DNA of 64,000 nucleotides. It comes from Felis catus. Taxonomy: Eukaryota. Each line of letters begins with the position of its first letter. The stretch's first letter is position 1. The position numbers were made by a program, and so were the translations under genes. Shown one piece after another: positions 54,357 through 64,000 of this stretch. The notes under the pieces are model-generated. The model was given only the letters and a program-made list of their open reading frames with translations, was not told the origin of the DNA and searched no databases. The stretch spans positions 36,148,001-36,212,000 of the forward strand of contig NC_058368.1 of the NCBI RefSeq assembly GCF_018350175.1, given 5' to 3'.

Positions 54357-54790
54357 GAGGGTGCCTGGGTGGCTCAGTGGGTTAAGCATCCAACCCCCCC
54401 CTTTTTTTTTAAGTTTTACTCATTTATTGGGGGGGGGGGGGGGCAAAAAGAGAGAGAGGGAAAGAAAATCTCAAGTAAGCTCCACACTCAGCACAGAGCA
54501 CAACATGAGGCTCAATCTAATGACCACAAGATCACAACCTGAGCTGATATCAAGAGTTGGCCACTTAATGCCACCCTGGTGCCCCTAAGTGTCCAAATCT
54601 TAATTTTGGCTCAGGTCATGATCTCATGATTCATGAGTTTGAGCCCCGTGTTGAGCTCTGTGCTGACAGCAAAGTGTCTGCTTGGGTTTCTCTCTCCCTC
54701 TCCCTCTGAGCCAACCCACCCTCCCCCCACCTCCCACCCCTGCTCACTCACAACTCATGCTTGCTCTTTCTCTTTCAAAATAAATGTGAA
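54357..54790 (+). mobile_element. Can-SINE split by an antisense Can-SINE (54402-54585)
   Basis: Head to taagcatccaa, inner reverse SINE, then resumes taagtgtccaaatctt...ggctcaggtcatg. Confidence 0.9.
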
Positions 54791-54792
54791 TA

Positions 54793-54865
54793 GGGGCACC
54801 TGGGGGTCAGTCAGTTAAGCATCCAGCTTCAGCTTGGGTCACATTCTCACAGTTGGGGAGTTCAA
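54793..54865 (+). mobile_element. Can-SINE head fragment
   Basis: ggggcacctgggggtcagtcagttaagcatcc...gagttcaa, 3'-truncated. Confidence 0.8.
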
Positions 54866-55208
54866 CTAAGTCCTCTAAGTCCATCTTCTCTACTAAACTT
54901 CCCTAAGCTGCTGCAATAACCTTTCCACTCTGGCTTCCCCTAAAGCTAATGAGATATCTCAAAAATTAATTTCTTCCCACTCTGAACTTCTGAAAAACTT
55001 AACCATTAACTACCACCTTTTGGCAATTCTTACTTAATTTTTCCAATGTTTGCTTTGAACCCTAGGAAATAAGCAACTTGAGGGTAAGAACTATGTACGT
55101 AACTATTTAGATGCAATTGGCATTCATTTTGTGGTAAACAATTATGAACACGGTTAATATAGCAAGCTAAATTAATGTGACCAACAACCCACTTAAAAGT
55201 TATAAGCA

Positions 55209-55420
55209 GGGGCACCTGGGTGGCGCAGTCGGTTAAGCGTCCGACTTCAGCCAGGTCACGATCCCGCGGTCCGTGAGTTTGAGCCCCGCGTCCGGCTCTG
55301 GGCTGATGGCTCAGAGCCTGGAGCCTGTTTCCGATTCTGTGTCTCCCTCTCTCTCTGCCCCTCCCCCGTTCATGCTCTGTCTCTCTCTGTCCCAAAAATA
55401 AATAAACGTTGAAAAAAAAA
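55209..55420 (+). mobile_element. Young feline Can-SINE (SINEC_Fc-like)
   Basis: TSD aaaagttataagca at 55195-55208 and 55421-55434. Confidence 0.97.
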
Positions 55421-55968
55421 AAAAGTTATAAGCAGTGTCACTGCTTTGTGGAACCAACTTGAAGGCAGCTTCTAATACCAGTGTGTGTCTCCAGAAAAGG
55501 CACACCCCAAAGTAAGTTTTAGTTTCCTCAGATATCAATGCTCTAAGACTATATGAACCTGGTTATCCTGAGAACTAAGAAAGGAATCAAACAAACAAAA
55601 CCAAAATAAACACACCTAACAACATACACCAACATACACAGCACCGTGACCATCATTCTAAAATGCAAATGAACCCAAACAGACCACTTAGATAATCTTT
55701 GAGATTCAAAATATATCACTGGATACTTTAATAAAATACATAAAAACAGAAACCCTCTTAAAAAAAAAAAAAAAAAACAACTACTGTGCTAATTTTTCTC
55801 TGGTTCTTATTTTTTGTAATCCTGGAGCTCTGAACACCTCATGTGCTATCTTCAATGACATCAGAAATCACCCAATGGAATAGGGGTCTTAAGTGTAATT
55901 GTTCCATTAACATGATTAGAAGCTAAGGTTTTTACGTCAACCATTTTATGAAAAACCACAATTCTTAC

Positions 55969-56136
55969 CATCATCTTTTCGAAGAGTTTTAAGACTTCAT
56001 TCTCTGACAGTGGCTTTGGAATGTTTTCCATCATCTCTGAAGAACAATCATTGCTTGCAAATGCAGTCTTCAGGTTGGAAAGTGGAGGTCTCTCCTTTTT
56101 GCTTCCTGGAATTCGTATGCTGGCAAATTTGTCCAG
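55969..56136 (-). CDS. DIAPH3: DIAPH3 (diaphanous-related formin 3 / mDia2) internal coding exon, equivalent to human exon 3
   Basis: Minus strand translates to LDKFASIRIPGSKKERPPLSNLKTAFASNDCSSEMMENIPKPLSENEVLKLFEKMM (168 nt, phase 0-0), matching the recalled DIAPH3 N-terminus. Acceptor ctttttacctttgtAG and donor GTAAG (+ strand cttac at 55964-55968). Confidence 0.96.
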
Positions 56137-56163
56137 CTACAAAGGTAAAAAGTAGCATGTTAT

Positions 56164-56170
56164 GTTAGTA
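56164..56170 (-). promoter_or_regulatory. Consensus splice branch point TACTAAC for the exon at 55969-56136
   Basis: + strand gttagta reads TACTAAC on minus. The branch A lies 29 nt upstream of the exon and is followed by a pyrimidine tract and AG. Confidence 0.75.
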
Positions 56171-56997
56171 TTTCCTTCAACAATATTTATCTAATTACCA
56201 AAATAAGAAAACCCACACGGTGGATCACATTATCACTATGATTTCATCCCAAGGCATTCAACACTAGAATCTTCAAAATTTTTTTACAAAAACAGAAATA
56301 TGAAAAATTTTCAGTAACCATCCTGTCTAAAAGCAGAAGAGAAATCAGACAACCTCCAAAGATTCCTTGTAATCTTAAATAATAGACTTAAGATTATAAC
56401 GACAAGTGAATTTTGCTTCACGGATTAACAAACTAAGCAGTTTAAAAAGGTAACTGGACTAATTTAGTGGTTGGCAATCAAACTAACATTTAGTATCCTA
56501 GTCCTCAGCCCCCTTGTCCAGTAGTGCATGCCACACTCCTGAAAAAACAAAACGTGATTTAGGAATTCTAAGAGTTGAATTCTACTTATCTCCAGAGCTA
56601 GTTGTTCCGGTAAATACCACATTTCTCTTCATTCAGGCTGGTCTGTATTTGAATTTCATGAACAACTATAAAGTACGATGGCTGAAGCCTCAGGAAATAA
56701 AGCTGGGTTTTTGCGGTAATGGGATTTCTTCTATTAGATCAAATAGTTCACTGATATTTGAAAGTGTATAGACATTAATTTATAAACCTAATTGCATATT
56801 CATTGAATATCGCTTGATTTCACAAATTCTATTCGTCACATAAAACCCACACTCAAAGTTTCAAGTGGTAACAGTCAAAAACGCAAAATGTCTTAAAGAG
56901 GCTAATAGAAGTATACTCAAAAAACAATGGTTCTGTGAATTGTTCAATGTAACTATACGTTACACTGTTCTTACCATGATGTAGGTAATATACAGAC

Positions 56998-57612
56998 GTG
57001 TGCTCTTCAGGGCAGCCACTAGCCATTTGTGGTTATTTAAATGTAAATTAGAATTTCAGTTCCTTAAAAGCCTAAATGTCCATCAACTGATGAATGGATA
57101 AAGAAGATGTGGTTTATATATACAATGGAATACTACTTGGCAATGAGAAGGAATGAAATCCTGCCATTTGCAGCAACGTGGATAGAACTGGAACTGGAAC
57201 ATATTATGCTAAGTGAAATAAGTCAGTCATAGAAAGATCATATATTTTGACTTCTGTGTGGATCTTGAGAAACTTAACAGAGACCATGGGGGAAGGGAAA
57301 GGGAAAAAAAACTAAATAGTTACAAACAGAGACGTAGGGAGGCAAACCATAAGAGACTCTTAAATACAGAAAATAAACTGAGGGCTGATACGGGGTGGGG
57401 GAGAGGGGAAAGTGGGTGATGGGCAGCGAGGAGGGCACTTGTTGGGATGAGCACTGGGTATTGTATGGAAGTCAATTTGACAATAAGTTGTATAAAAAAA
57501 AAAAGTTCAGTTCCTTAGTTACACTAGCCCCATATCAAAAGCCACATGTGGCTAGTCAAAGTACATATATAACATTTCTACTATCACAGAATGTTCTATT
57601 GGATAGCACTAG
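56998..57612. mobile_element. MER3 hAT-Charlie MITE interrupted by L1
   Basis: gcagccactagccatttgtgg...ttcagttcct|tagttacactagcc...gccacatgtggctagt...ttctattggatagcact. Confidence 0.8.
57067..57505 (+). mobile_element. Carnivore/feline L1 3' end, 5'-truncated
   Basis: cctaaatgtccatcaactgatgaatggataaagaagatgtgg...poly(A). TSD ttcagttcctta at 57055-57066 and 57506-57517. Confidence 0.95.
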
Positions 57613-58255
57613 GATTTCATTAAGACGCGAAGATAGCAATGTTTATCTTTCAAAATAAATCTTTAAATTCTCTGAGAATAAAGCCTAAGAAATACGCCAT
57701 GTACTGCATTCACACACGGTCCATCTAACATGACCTAATCATTAAAGTACTAAGAATATGACAGCTTCCAGTAGCATTTAGAAAGTCACAAAACACTACC
57801 ACTACTCTCATCCTAACAACAAAAACAAGCCAGAAAACTTCCAAAATTATAGTTGTTGTTTTCAACCCATCAGGGAGCTGAGGACACAATGAAACCTGGA
57901 AGAACTATCACCAAGTGACAAGCTGCTTTTATCCCTGACAAACAGCTACAGAATAAGAAGTTCAACAAGGGCAAAGAAAAAACAGCCTAATTTTTAACGC
58001 ACTATTGGCAGCCAGCCACATGGGTGTCGGCATGAGAAACATTACTAGAATTCCAAGGAGACTAATCATGGAGCAAGTCTCCACCCACCTACGACACTTT
58101 CCCTCAGGTCTTCAACTGCTTGGGGTAGGACGCCAATGGCTGGAGGGAGGGCAAGGTGTCCTGAGCCATGTAATGTCTGGGGAGGCCTCTTCCCATGCAA
58201 AGGGAAGGCCTCTTCCCACTGCCCTCCCAAACACTCTGACCTAGGTAAAAGACAG

Positions 58256-58502
58256 CCACCTGGGTGGCTCAGTTGGTTAAGGATCTGACTTCAGCTCAGG
58301 TCATGATTTCTCAGTTCATTAAGTTCAAGCCCCACATCAGGCTCTGTGCTGACAGCTCAGAGCCTGGAGCCTGCTTCAGATTCTCTGTCTCCCTCTCTCT
58401 CCCTGTCCCTCCTCCACTTGTGCTCTCTCCCTGTCCCTCCTCCACTTGTGCTCTCTCCCTCTCCCTCAAAAGCAAATAAACAAACGTTAAAAAAAAAAAA
58501 AA
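58256..58502 (+). mobile_element. Feline Can-SINE with a duplicated 28-bp internal unit
   Basis: TSD aaaagacag. Unit ctctctccctgtccctcctccacttgtg x2. Confidence 0.92.
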
Positions 58503-59184
58503 AAAAGACAGAAAGAAATCCCAAAGACACAATCTGGACCTTCAGAGAATAAATGACAGTGGCTACCTGATGGTTGGCTGGGGACAGATACCAGGTCAAA
58601 GAGACTTCTTGAAGAAACAGAGCCAGAAGTGCAACTGCAAACACAAAGAACTCTGCACTAATTCTGAAAAGGGCATCAGAACTTTAAAACAGAGTTATCC
58701 CAGTCTTGAAAGCTAGTAGTTCAGTTGTAAAGCCAAAAGTAGAACGCCTTAGTAGATCTCCTTAGTGCTAAGAAACTTTTGAAGCCCCAGAAGACACTAA
58801 TCAAACTAAAGCAGCACCTTTGGCAAGCCCATCTCCACCAGAGAGCATAATCGACTCAGCCCCAATTCTAGCAGCCTGAAAAAAGGGCACATTCTTTCTT
58901 AGAAGTATTATTTACTTTAATTTCCACATATTTAAGTCAAATGTCCACCGTATATTCACATACTGCTACATACACAAAGGACCAAGGAAATGCCACGCAC
59001 AAAGAGAAGCAGACCTAGAGGTAGCCTGGATGATGGAATTGCCAGACGGACCATTCAGAAGGATGTTTGTAAAAATGCTGAAGAATATAATGAAGAGTGA
59101 ACACAACATAGGAGATGGGGAATTTCAGCAACAATGTCATGGAAACTATTTTAAGAACCACACTAGAAATTTCATACATATATC

Positions 59185-59388
59185 GGGGCACCTGGGTGGC
59201 TCAGTTGGTTGAGAGTCTGACTTCAACTAAGGTCATGATCTCATGGTTCGTGAGTTCGAGCCCCTCATCGGGCTCTGTGCTGACAGCTCAGAGCCTGGAG
59301 CTTGCTTCAGATTCTGTGTCTCCTTCTCTTTGTGCCCTCTCCCCCTCATGCTCTGTCTTTCTCATTCTCAAAAAATATTAAGAGAAAA
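59185..59388 (+). mobile_element. Feline Can-SINE
   Basis: Full body. Diverged TSD starting agaaatttca. Confidence 0.93.
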
Positions 59389-59659
59389 AGAAATTTCAAA
59401 TGTATCAAAAAAATGAAAAATTCATTAGCTGAGCTTCAGAGTCACCTGAATATTGCTGAGAAAAGAACTGGGAAACCTAAACCCAGATCGACAAAAAGCA
59501 TGCAAACTGAAACACAAAGAAAAAAAGGAAAGAATAAAGAAGAGAGAAACCAAGAGCTGTGATATAATATGAAGTGCTATAACACAAGTATAATTGAGGA
59601 CCAGAAAATGGTACATAAGAATGATAAAATAACTGATTTTTAAGAAATCAACTCACAGA

Positions 59660-60046
59660 GGGGCGCCTGGGTAGTTCAGCTGGTTAAGCTTCCAACTCTT
59701 CTTTTTAATGTTCATTTATTTTTGAGAGAGAGACAGAGTGCAAGCAAGGTAGGGAGACATAGAATCCAAAGCAGGCTCCAGACTCTGAGCTGTCAGCACA
59801 GCTGACAGCCCCCGATGTGGGGCTCAAACCCACGAACGATGAGATCATGACCTGAGCCAAAGTCGGACACTTAACTGAGACACCCAGGCGCCCCTAGGCC
59901 TCCAACTCTTGATTTCGGCTCAGCTCATGATCTCCCAGTTCATGAGTTCAAGCCACGCATCTTGGGATTCACTCTCTCTCTTTCTCTCTCCCTGTCCCTC
60001 CCCTGCTGCCTGCCTCTCTCTCACAAATAAATTAATTAAAAATAGG
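59660..60046 (+). mobile_element. Can-SINE split by an antisense Can-SINE (59701-59894)
   Basis: Outer TSD tcaactcacaga (59648-59659, 60047-60058). Inner TSD ta(a/g)gc(t/c)tccaactctt (59685-59700, 59895-59910). Confidence 0.93.
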
Positions 60047-61684
60047 TCAACTCACAGATACATACAAGCACAGCAAACTAAGAATACCAAAACAAGCCCA
60101 CACCTAGGCAACCCATAGTCAAACTGCTAAAAATTAAAAGTGAAGGGCAAACCATAAAAGCACAGCCAGAGATCTGAAGATGCATTATGTACAAGTTAAA
60201 AATGACACAAATTACTCATTTTTCACCAGACACTACAGCAGCAGAAGACAATGGAGTAGTATCTTTACAGTTTAGTACTTGGAGAAAACTATGGTCATCC
60301 AGAGATTCTACATCTAGCAAAAATACCTTTCGAAAACAGAAGCAGAATAAAGACATTTCAGACAGAGAAAACCTGAGAGAATCTGTCTCCAACAGACCTA
60401 TACTACAAGAAGTGTCAAAAGAAGTTTTTCAGGCTAAAAGAAGGATAACGAGATACAATCTCAAGTTGTAAAATGAAACGAAGAACAGAGATGTTACTCT
60501 ATTAGATGTTTATAATACAAAAGAAAAAAAAGCTAGGTACAATTTAAACTGAGTAACAATCAAGTGGCAGAGACAAGCATATAAAGAGGTCATTACATAT
60601 GGATATAACAAAACGCAGCAAGATATGTGCAATGAATCATGGTAGCCAAGACAAGGGGCATCAACTCAACATGAACACTCCCTTACTTTGGCAAAACCCA
60701 GAAATATACCATTGTCTCCACATGCTCGGAGGTCCAAAAGTTAGTGTCCCTGTGTACCTGAGCACCCTAATTCTTGATACTTGTTTTAAAAAATGAGGAG
60801 ACACCAAAAACAGTAAGAAATGGGACTGACTCCTCCACCCGGCTTCGGAATCACTACTTCATTGCAGTAACTTCTCTACAGGGAATATCAATTCCTGAGT
60901 ATAAAACCTGTGCTGACTCCACACACTACATACACAAGAAAGTAACTTCATTAATATGCTAAACTTATAATGAAGTGAAATTGAGCAAAACATCATTAAT
61001 GTGACATCAATATTATAAATGTAAACATGTCAATGAGTGGGAAGAGTAAGCTTAAGCAATTCACAAGCTAATTTGTGAATATATAACCTAATGGTTTCCA
61101 TCAGCGATACCTACCCCAAAATTTTCATTTTTGCCAAAAAAACCACAACTTTCTAAATAAGATTCTCTCAAAGTCACTGAACACCTTCTGTATTTTATGC
61201 ACTGTGTTAAGAGCTTGAAAGGCAGCATCAGGTTGAATGCATTTGTTTAATTCTTAAAATAAGGAAACTGTCTATGTAAAAGGACGAGCTCCAGAACACT
61301 TTTACAGGTAACAATTTCCTAATATTTAACTTCTAAAACAGTATAAACAAACAAAAAAATCCATTAGGTTTTTAGAAGGAGAACTGCATTTATATCAATA
61401 AACAATATCGTAATTTGTACAACAACAACAAAATAGTATTAGCACACCTCCCCCATATGCTTCACACCTAAACTCTAGGGGAAAGTTGGATTTTATTCAA
61501 CTGGAAAGCAACTTCACACATTCCCACTAGGATAGCTACAGGCAAGGTACGAAAAATAAGTATATCCCTCCTTTTAGCTTCCAAGTCGACAGAGGTCCGA
61601 ATACAAACAGGAGATACTTAAGGATCAATGTTGCTTAATTTCAACACTTTTATTTATTTTCCTGATTAAAAAGGATGAAACAAA

Positions 61685-61964
61685 GGCGTGCCTGGGTGGC
61701 GTTCAACTTTGGCTCAGGTCACAATCTCACAGTTTGTGAGTTCGAGCCCCGCGTTGGGCTCTGTGCTGACAGCTCGGAGCCTGGAGCCTGCTTCGGATTC
61801 TGTGTCTCCCTGTGTCTCTGCTCCTCCCCTGTTTTCCTCCTTCCTTTCTTGTTTGTTTTCCTCCTTCCTTTCTTGTTTGTTTTCCTTCCTTTCTTGTTTT
61901 CCTCCTTCCTTTCTTGTTTTCCTCCTTCCTCTCTTTCAAAAATACATAAACATTAAAAAAAAAA
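61685..61964 (+). mobile_element. Feline Can-SINE with a head deletion and internal pyrimidine minisatellite
   Basis: gggtggc|gttcaac lacks tcagtcggttaagc. tgttttcctccttcctttcttgtt repeats at 61830-61930. Confidence 0.92.
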
Positions 61965-63559
61965 GTACAAAATAAGAGTCATAGGAGAAAAATACATACG
62001 ATCCTCCTATGTTACAACAGCAAATTAAATTTGTTGAATACCTCAGGCTTAATTAAAAGCATTCCCAGGTATGGATGCTCTATCAAGCACTACAGGTAGA
62101 TTCCACATCATCTGGGCATTACTGACAAAGCTAGGTGCAAAATGAACTTTACTATCAAATCATTTAAACATTCTATTGTTTTGTTTTGTTTTGTTTTGAG
62201 AGATAATGCTATGACTCCACTCATAAATGGGGGGGTAAAAATCCCCCTCCTAATTTATCTTTTATAGAATTGCTCATCCAATTTGCTTGAAGGAAGGCAC
62301 AATGAAACATGAGCAAAATTTTAAAATACCTTGGTCTGTAAATGCACAGTACAAATCCCCATTACACTGACTGTAAGTTGGTTATTCTGTATTTGGCAAT
62401 GGGACTGGGAGTATGTTCCCAAGTTGTGCACCTGCACAGCTACTGTTCATTTTCCATGAAATTCTCCTGAAGCTGAACTAGAAACACAACCCAAGGAAGT
62501 GAACGGTGCCAATGACTTGCCTTTGTTGAAGAATTGGTTGAACACACAGAAGACTGAGAGAATTTTATTTTAATGCTATTTAAAGGTAGTACACCACACT
62601 TAATTAATATGGCTTCAGCTGTGTCTGGGGTGTACAGAGTTTTATAAATTAATATCACTTATCTTCACGGGAAGTTAAATGAGCACCCTGCTGAGTATTA
62701 TCTCACACTGATAATCAGTAATTACAGTTTAAATAAAATTAATTAAACCAAAAACAGGCTCTAAAAAACTATCTGGATTTTAAGCTATAGTTTAACACTG
62801 TAATAGTGACAAAGTTCTATTACAGTGGTTTAAATACTGACAGCAGTGACTTTAATTTAAAACAAAAGGAAGATATTGTAATTATTAGTCATTTTAAATT
62901 TGAAAAACCTGAAAAAGTATGTATGATCATAAACACCCTTCCTTAGAACCTACAAGGGACTACATATTTTCATGCAATCCAAGAGAATCAAGCAAATAAA
63001 AGTTCCTCGTAATTTTAAGTCAATTCTAGGTGAATGCACCGCCGAAATCTAGAAAAAAAAAGATTATTTAAAATTATCTACCAGTTTTCACACAATCTTG
63101 TGCCATATTTAAGAAGAAAAAAACCTAATGGCTAAAACAGCTTGGCTTTTTCACTAACTTTATTCGTAAATAGGCAACTAGCTTACTAAAAAAGCTCCAG
63201 CATCTGACTTCTGAATCCTGCCCAACCACCTGTTTGCTCTGTCACCCTAACCGAGCTATTTAAACCTTTCAAGATCGTACCTATCACAGTGAGTTGTTCA
63301 TAGGAAATGAAAATGCTTCTCATCTTTCAGTTTTGGGTTAAAAGTCCTGAAAAGCTGTAGCTGACAGCTCTAAAGCAACACATGTATCTTCACAACCCCC
63401 TTCATTCTCTATCACCACACATAGTTCATCTCTTTACATGTCCTTTCATAAGACTTAGGAAAACCTGCAATTTTTTCATTTGTTTTGAAAATGTTGACTG
63501 TCTCTTGCCCACTGAAATATAAGTGCCATGCTAAATGAACCATCAACTGTCTTAGTCAC

Positions 63560-64000
63560 TGTAGTAGGGAAATGATCCTGACTCGATTGGCCAATAGGAT
63601 ACTGCAGAAATGACGGAGTGTGGTTTCCAAGACTAGACCATAAAAGATGTTACAGCTTTTGTCTTGCTCCCGCTTGGATCACTCAGTCTTGGGTATGCCA
63701 GGAAGACACTCAACACCTAGGGGGAAGTCCACGTGTCAAAGAACTGAGCTGAAGAAACTGAAGAGGCATGGAGGCCTCGTGTCAACAGCAATGTGCGTGT
63801 GCCGTCTTGGAAGTCCATTCGAGCTTTCAGATGACTTATTACATAGCAACAGAGCACTAACAGCTCCTCATAGAGTAATACTTGTAAATAGCTCTAGCCA
63901 ACATCTTCACTACAACCTCCTAAGACCTCCAAGCCAAAACCAGCTAGCTAATCAACTACCAAATTCCTGCCCCCAGAAGAAGTGTGAGATACTAAACGTT
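63560..64000 (+). mobile_element. MaLR LTR (MLT1F/G-like), runs off the window end
   Basis: ttccaagactagaccataaaaga...gtccacgtg..aagaactgag...ttcagatgac...aaattcctg...tgtgagata. Confidence 0.8.

Larger units (their letters stand above)
57760..60480 (+). mobile_element. Ancient L1 5'/ORF1 region interrupted by several SINEs
   Basis: Degenerate ORF1 motifs (aaccaagagctgtgatataata; cacctaggcaacccatagtcaaactgc; aacagacctatactacaagaa). Boundaries approximate. Confidence 0.65.

Noticed and set aside
8397..61975. Many recurring ORFs (AQVMISWFVSSSP.., EPRVRLWADGSEPGACF.., GQRETEHERGRGRERG..)
   Set aside because: They are translations of Can-SINE copies, not a gene family.
1..64000. Antisense lncRNA, numt, processed pseudogene or intact retroelement ORF
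   Set aside because: No long ORF, CpG island, mitochondrial-like sequence or retrocopy was recognised. lncRNAs cannot be called from sequence alone.

Overview
Mammalian genomic DNA, almost certainly felid: it carries abundant feline-type Can-SINEs (SINEC_Fc-like) and carnivore L1 3' ends. The whole window lies inside the formin gene DIAPH3 (mDia2) on the minus strand. Two coding exons are identifiable: 55969-56136 (LDKFASIRIP...FEKMM, equivalent to human exon 3) and 35346-35450 (EDMNLNEDKK...TASKT, equivalent to human exon 4), both from the N-terminal GTPase-binding region. The rest is intron filled with about 28 Can-SINEs, L1, L2, LTR and DNA-transposon relics and microsatellites. The other ORFs in the track are repeat-derived or spurious. 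I found no convincing previously undescribed biological system. The most notable local observations are two independent antisense SINE-into-SINE insertions at the same site of the SINE head, a SINE/L1/inverted-SINE cluster next to exon 4, a perfect 33-bp palindrome, and an apparent 3-codon deletion in exon 3 relative to human. Repeat family names and human exon numbering are from memory and should be confirmed with RepeatMasker/BLAST.
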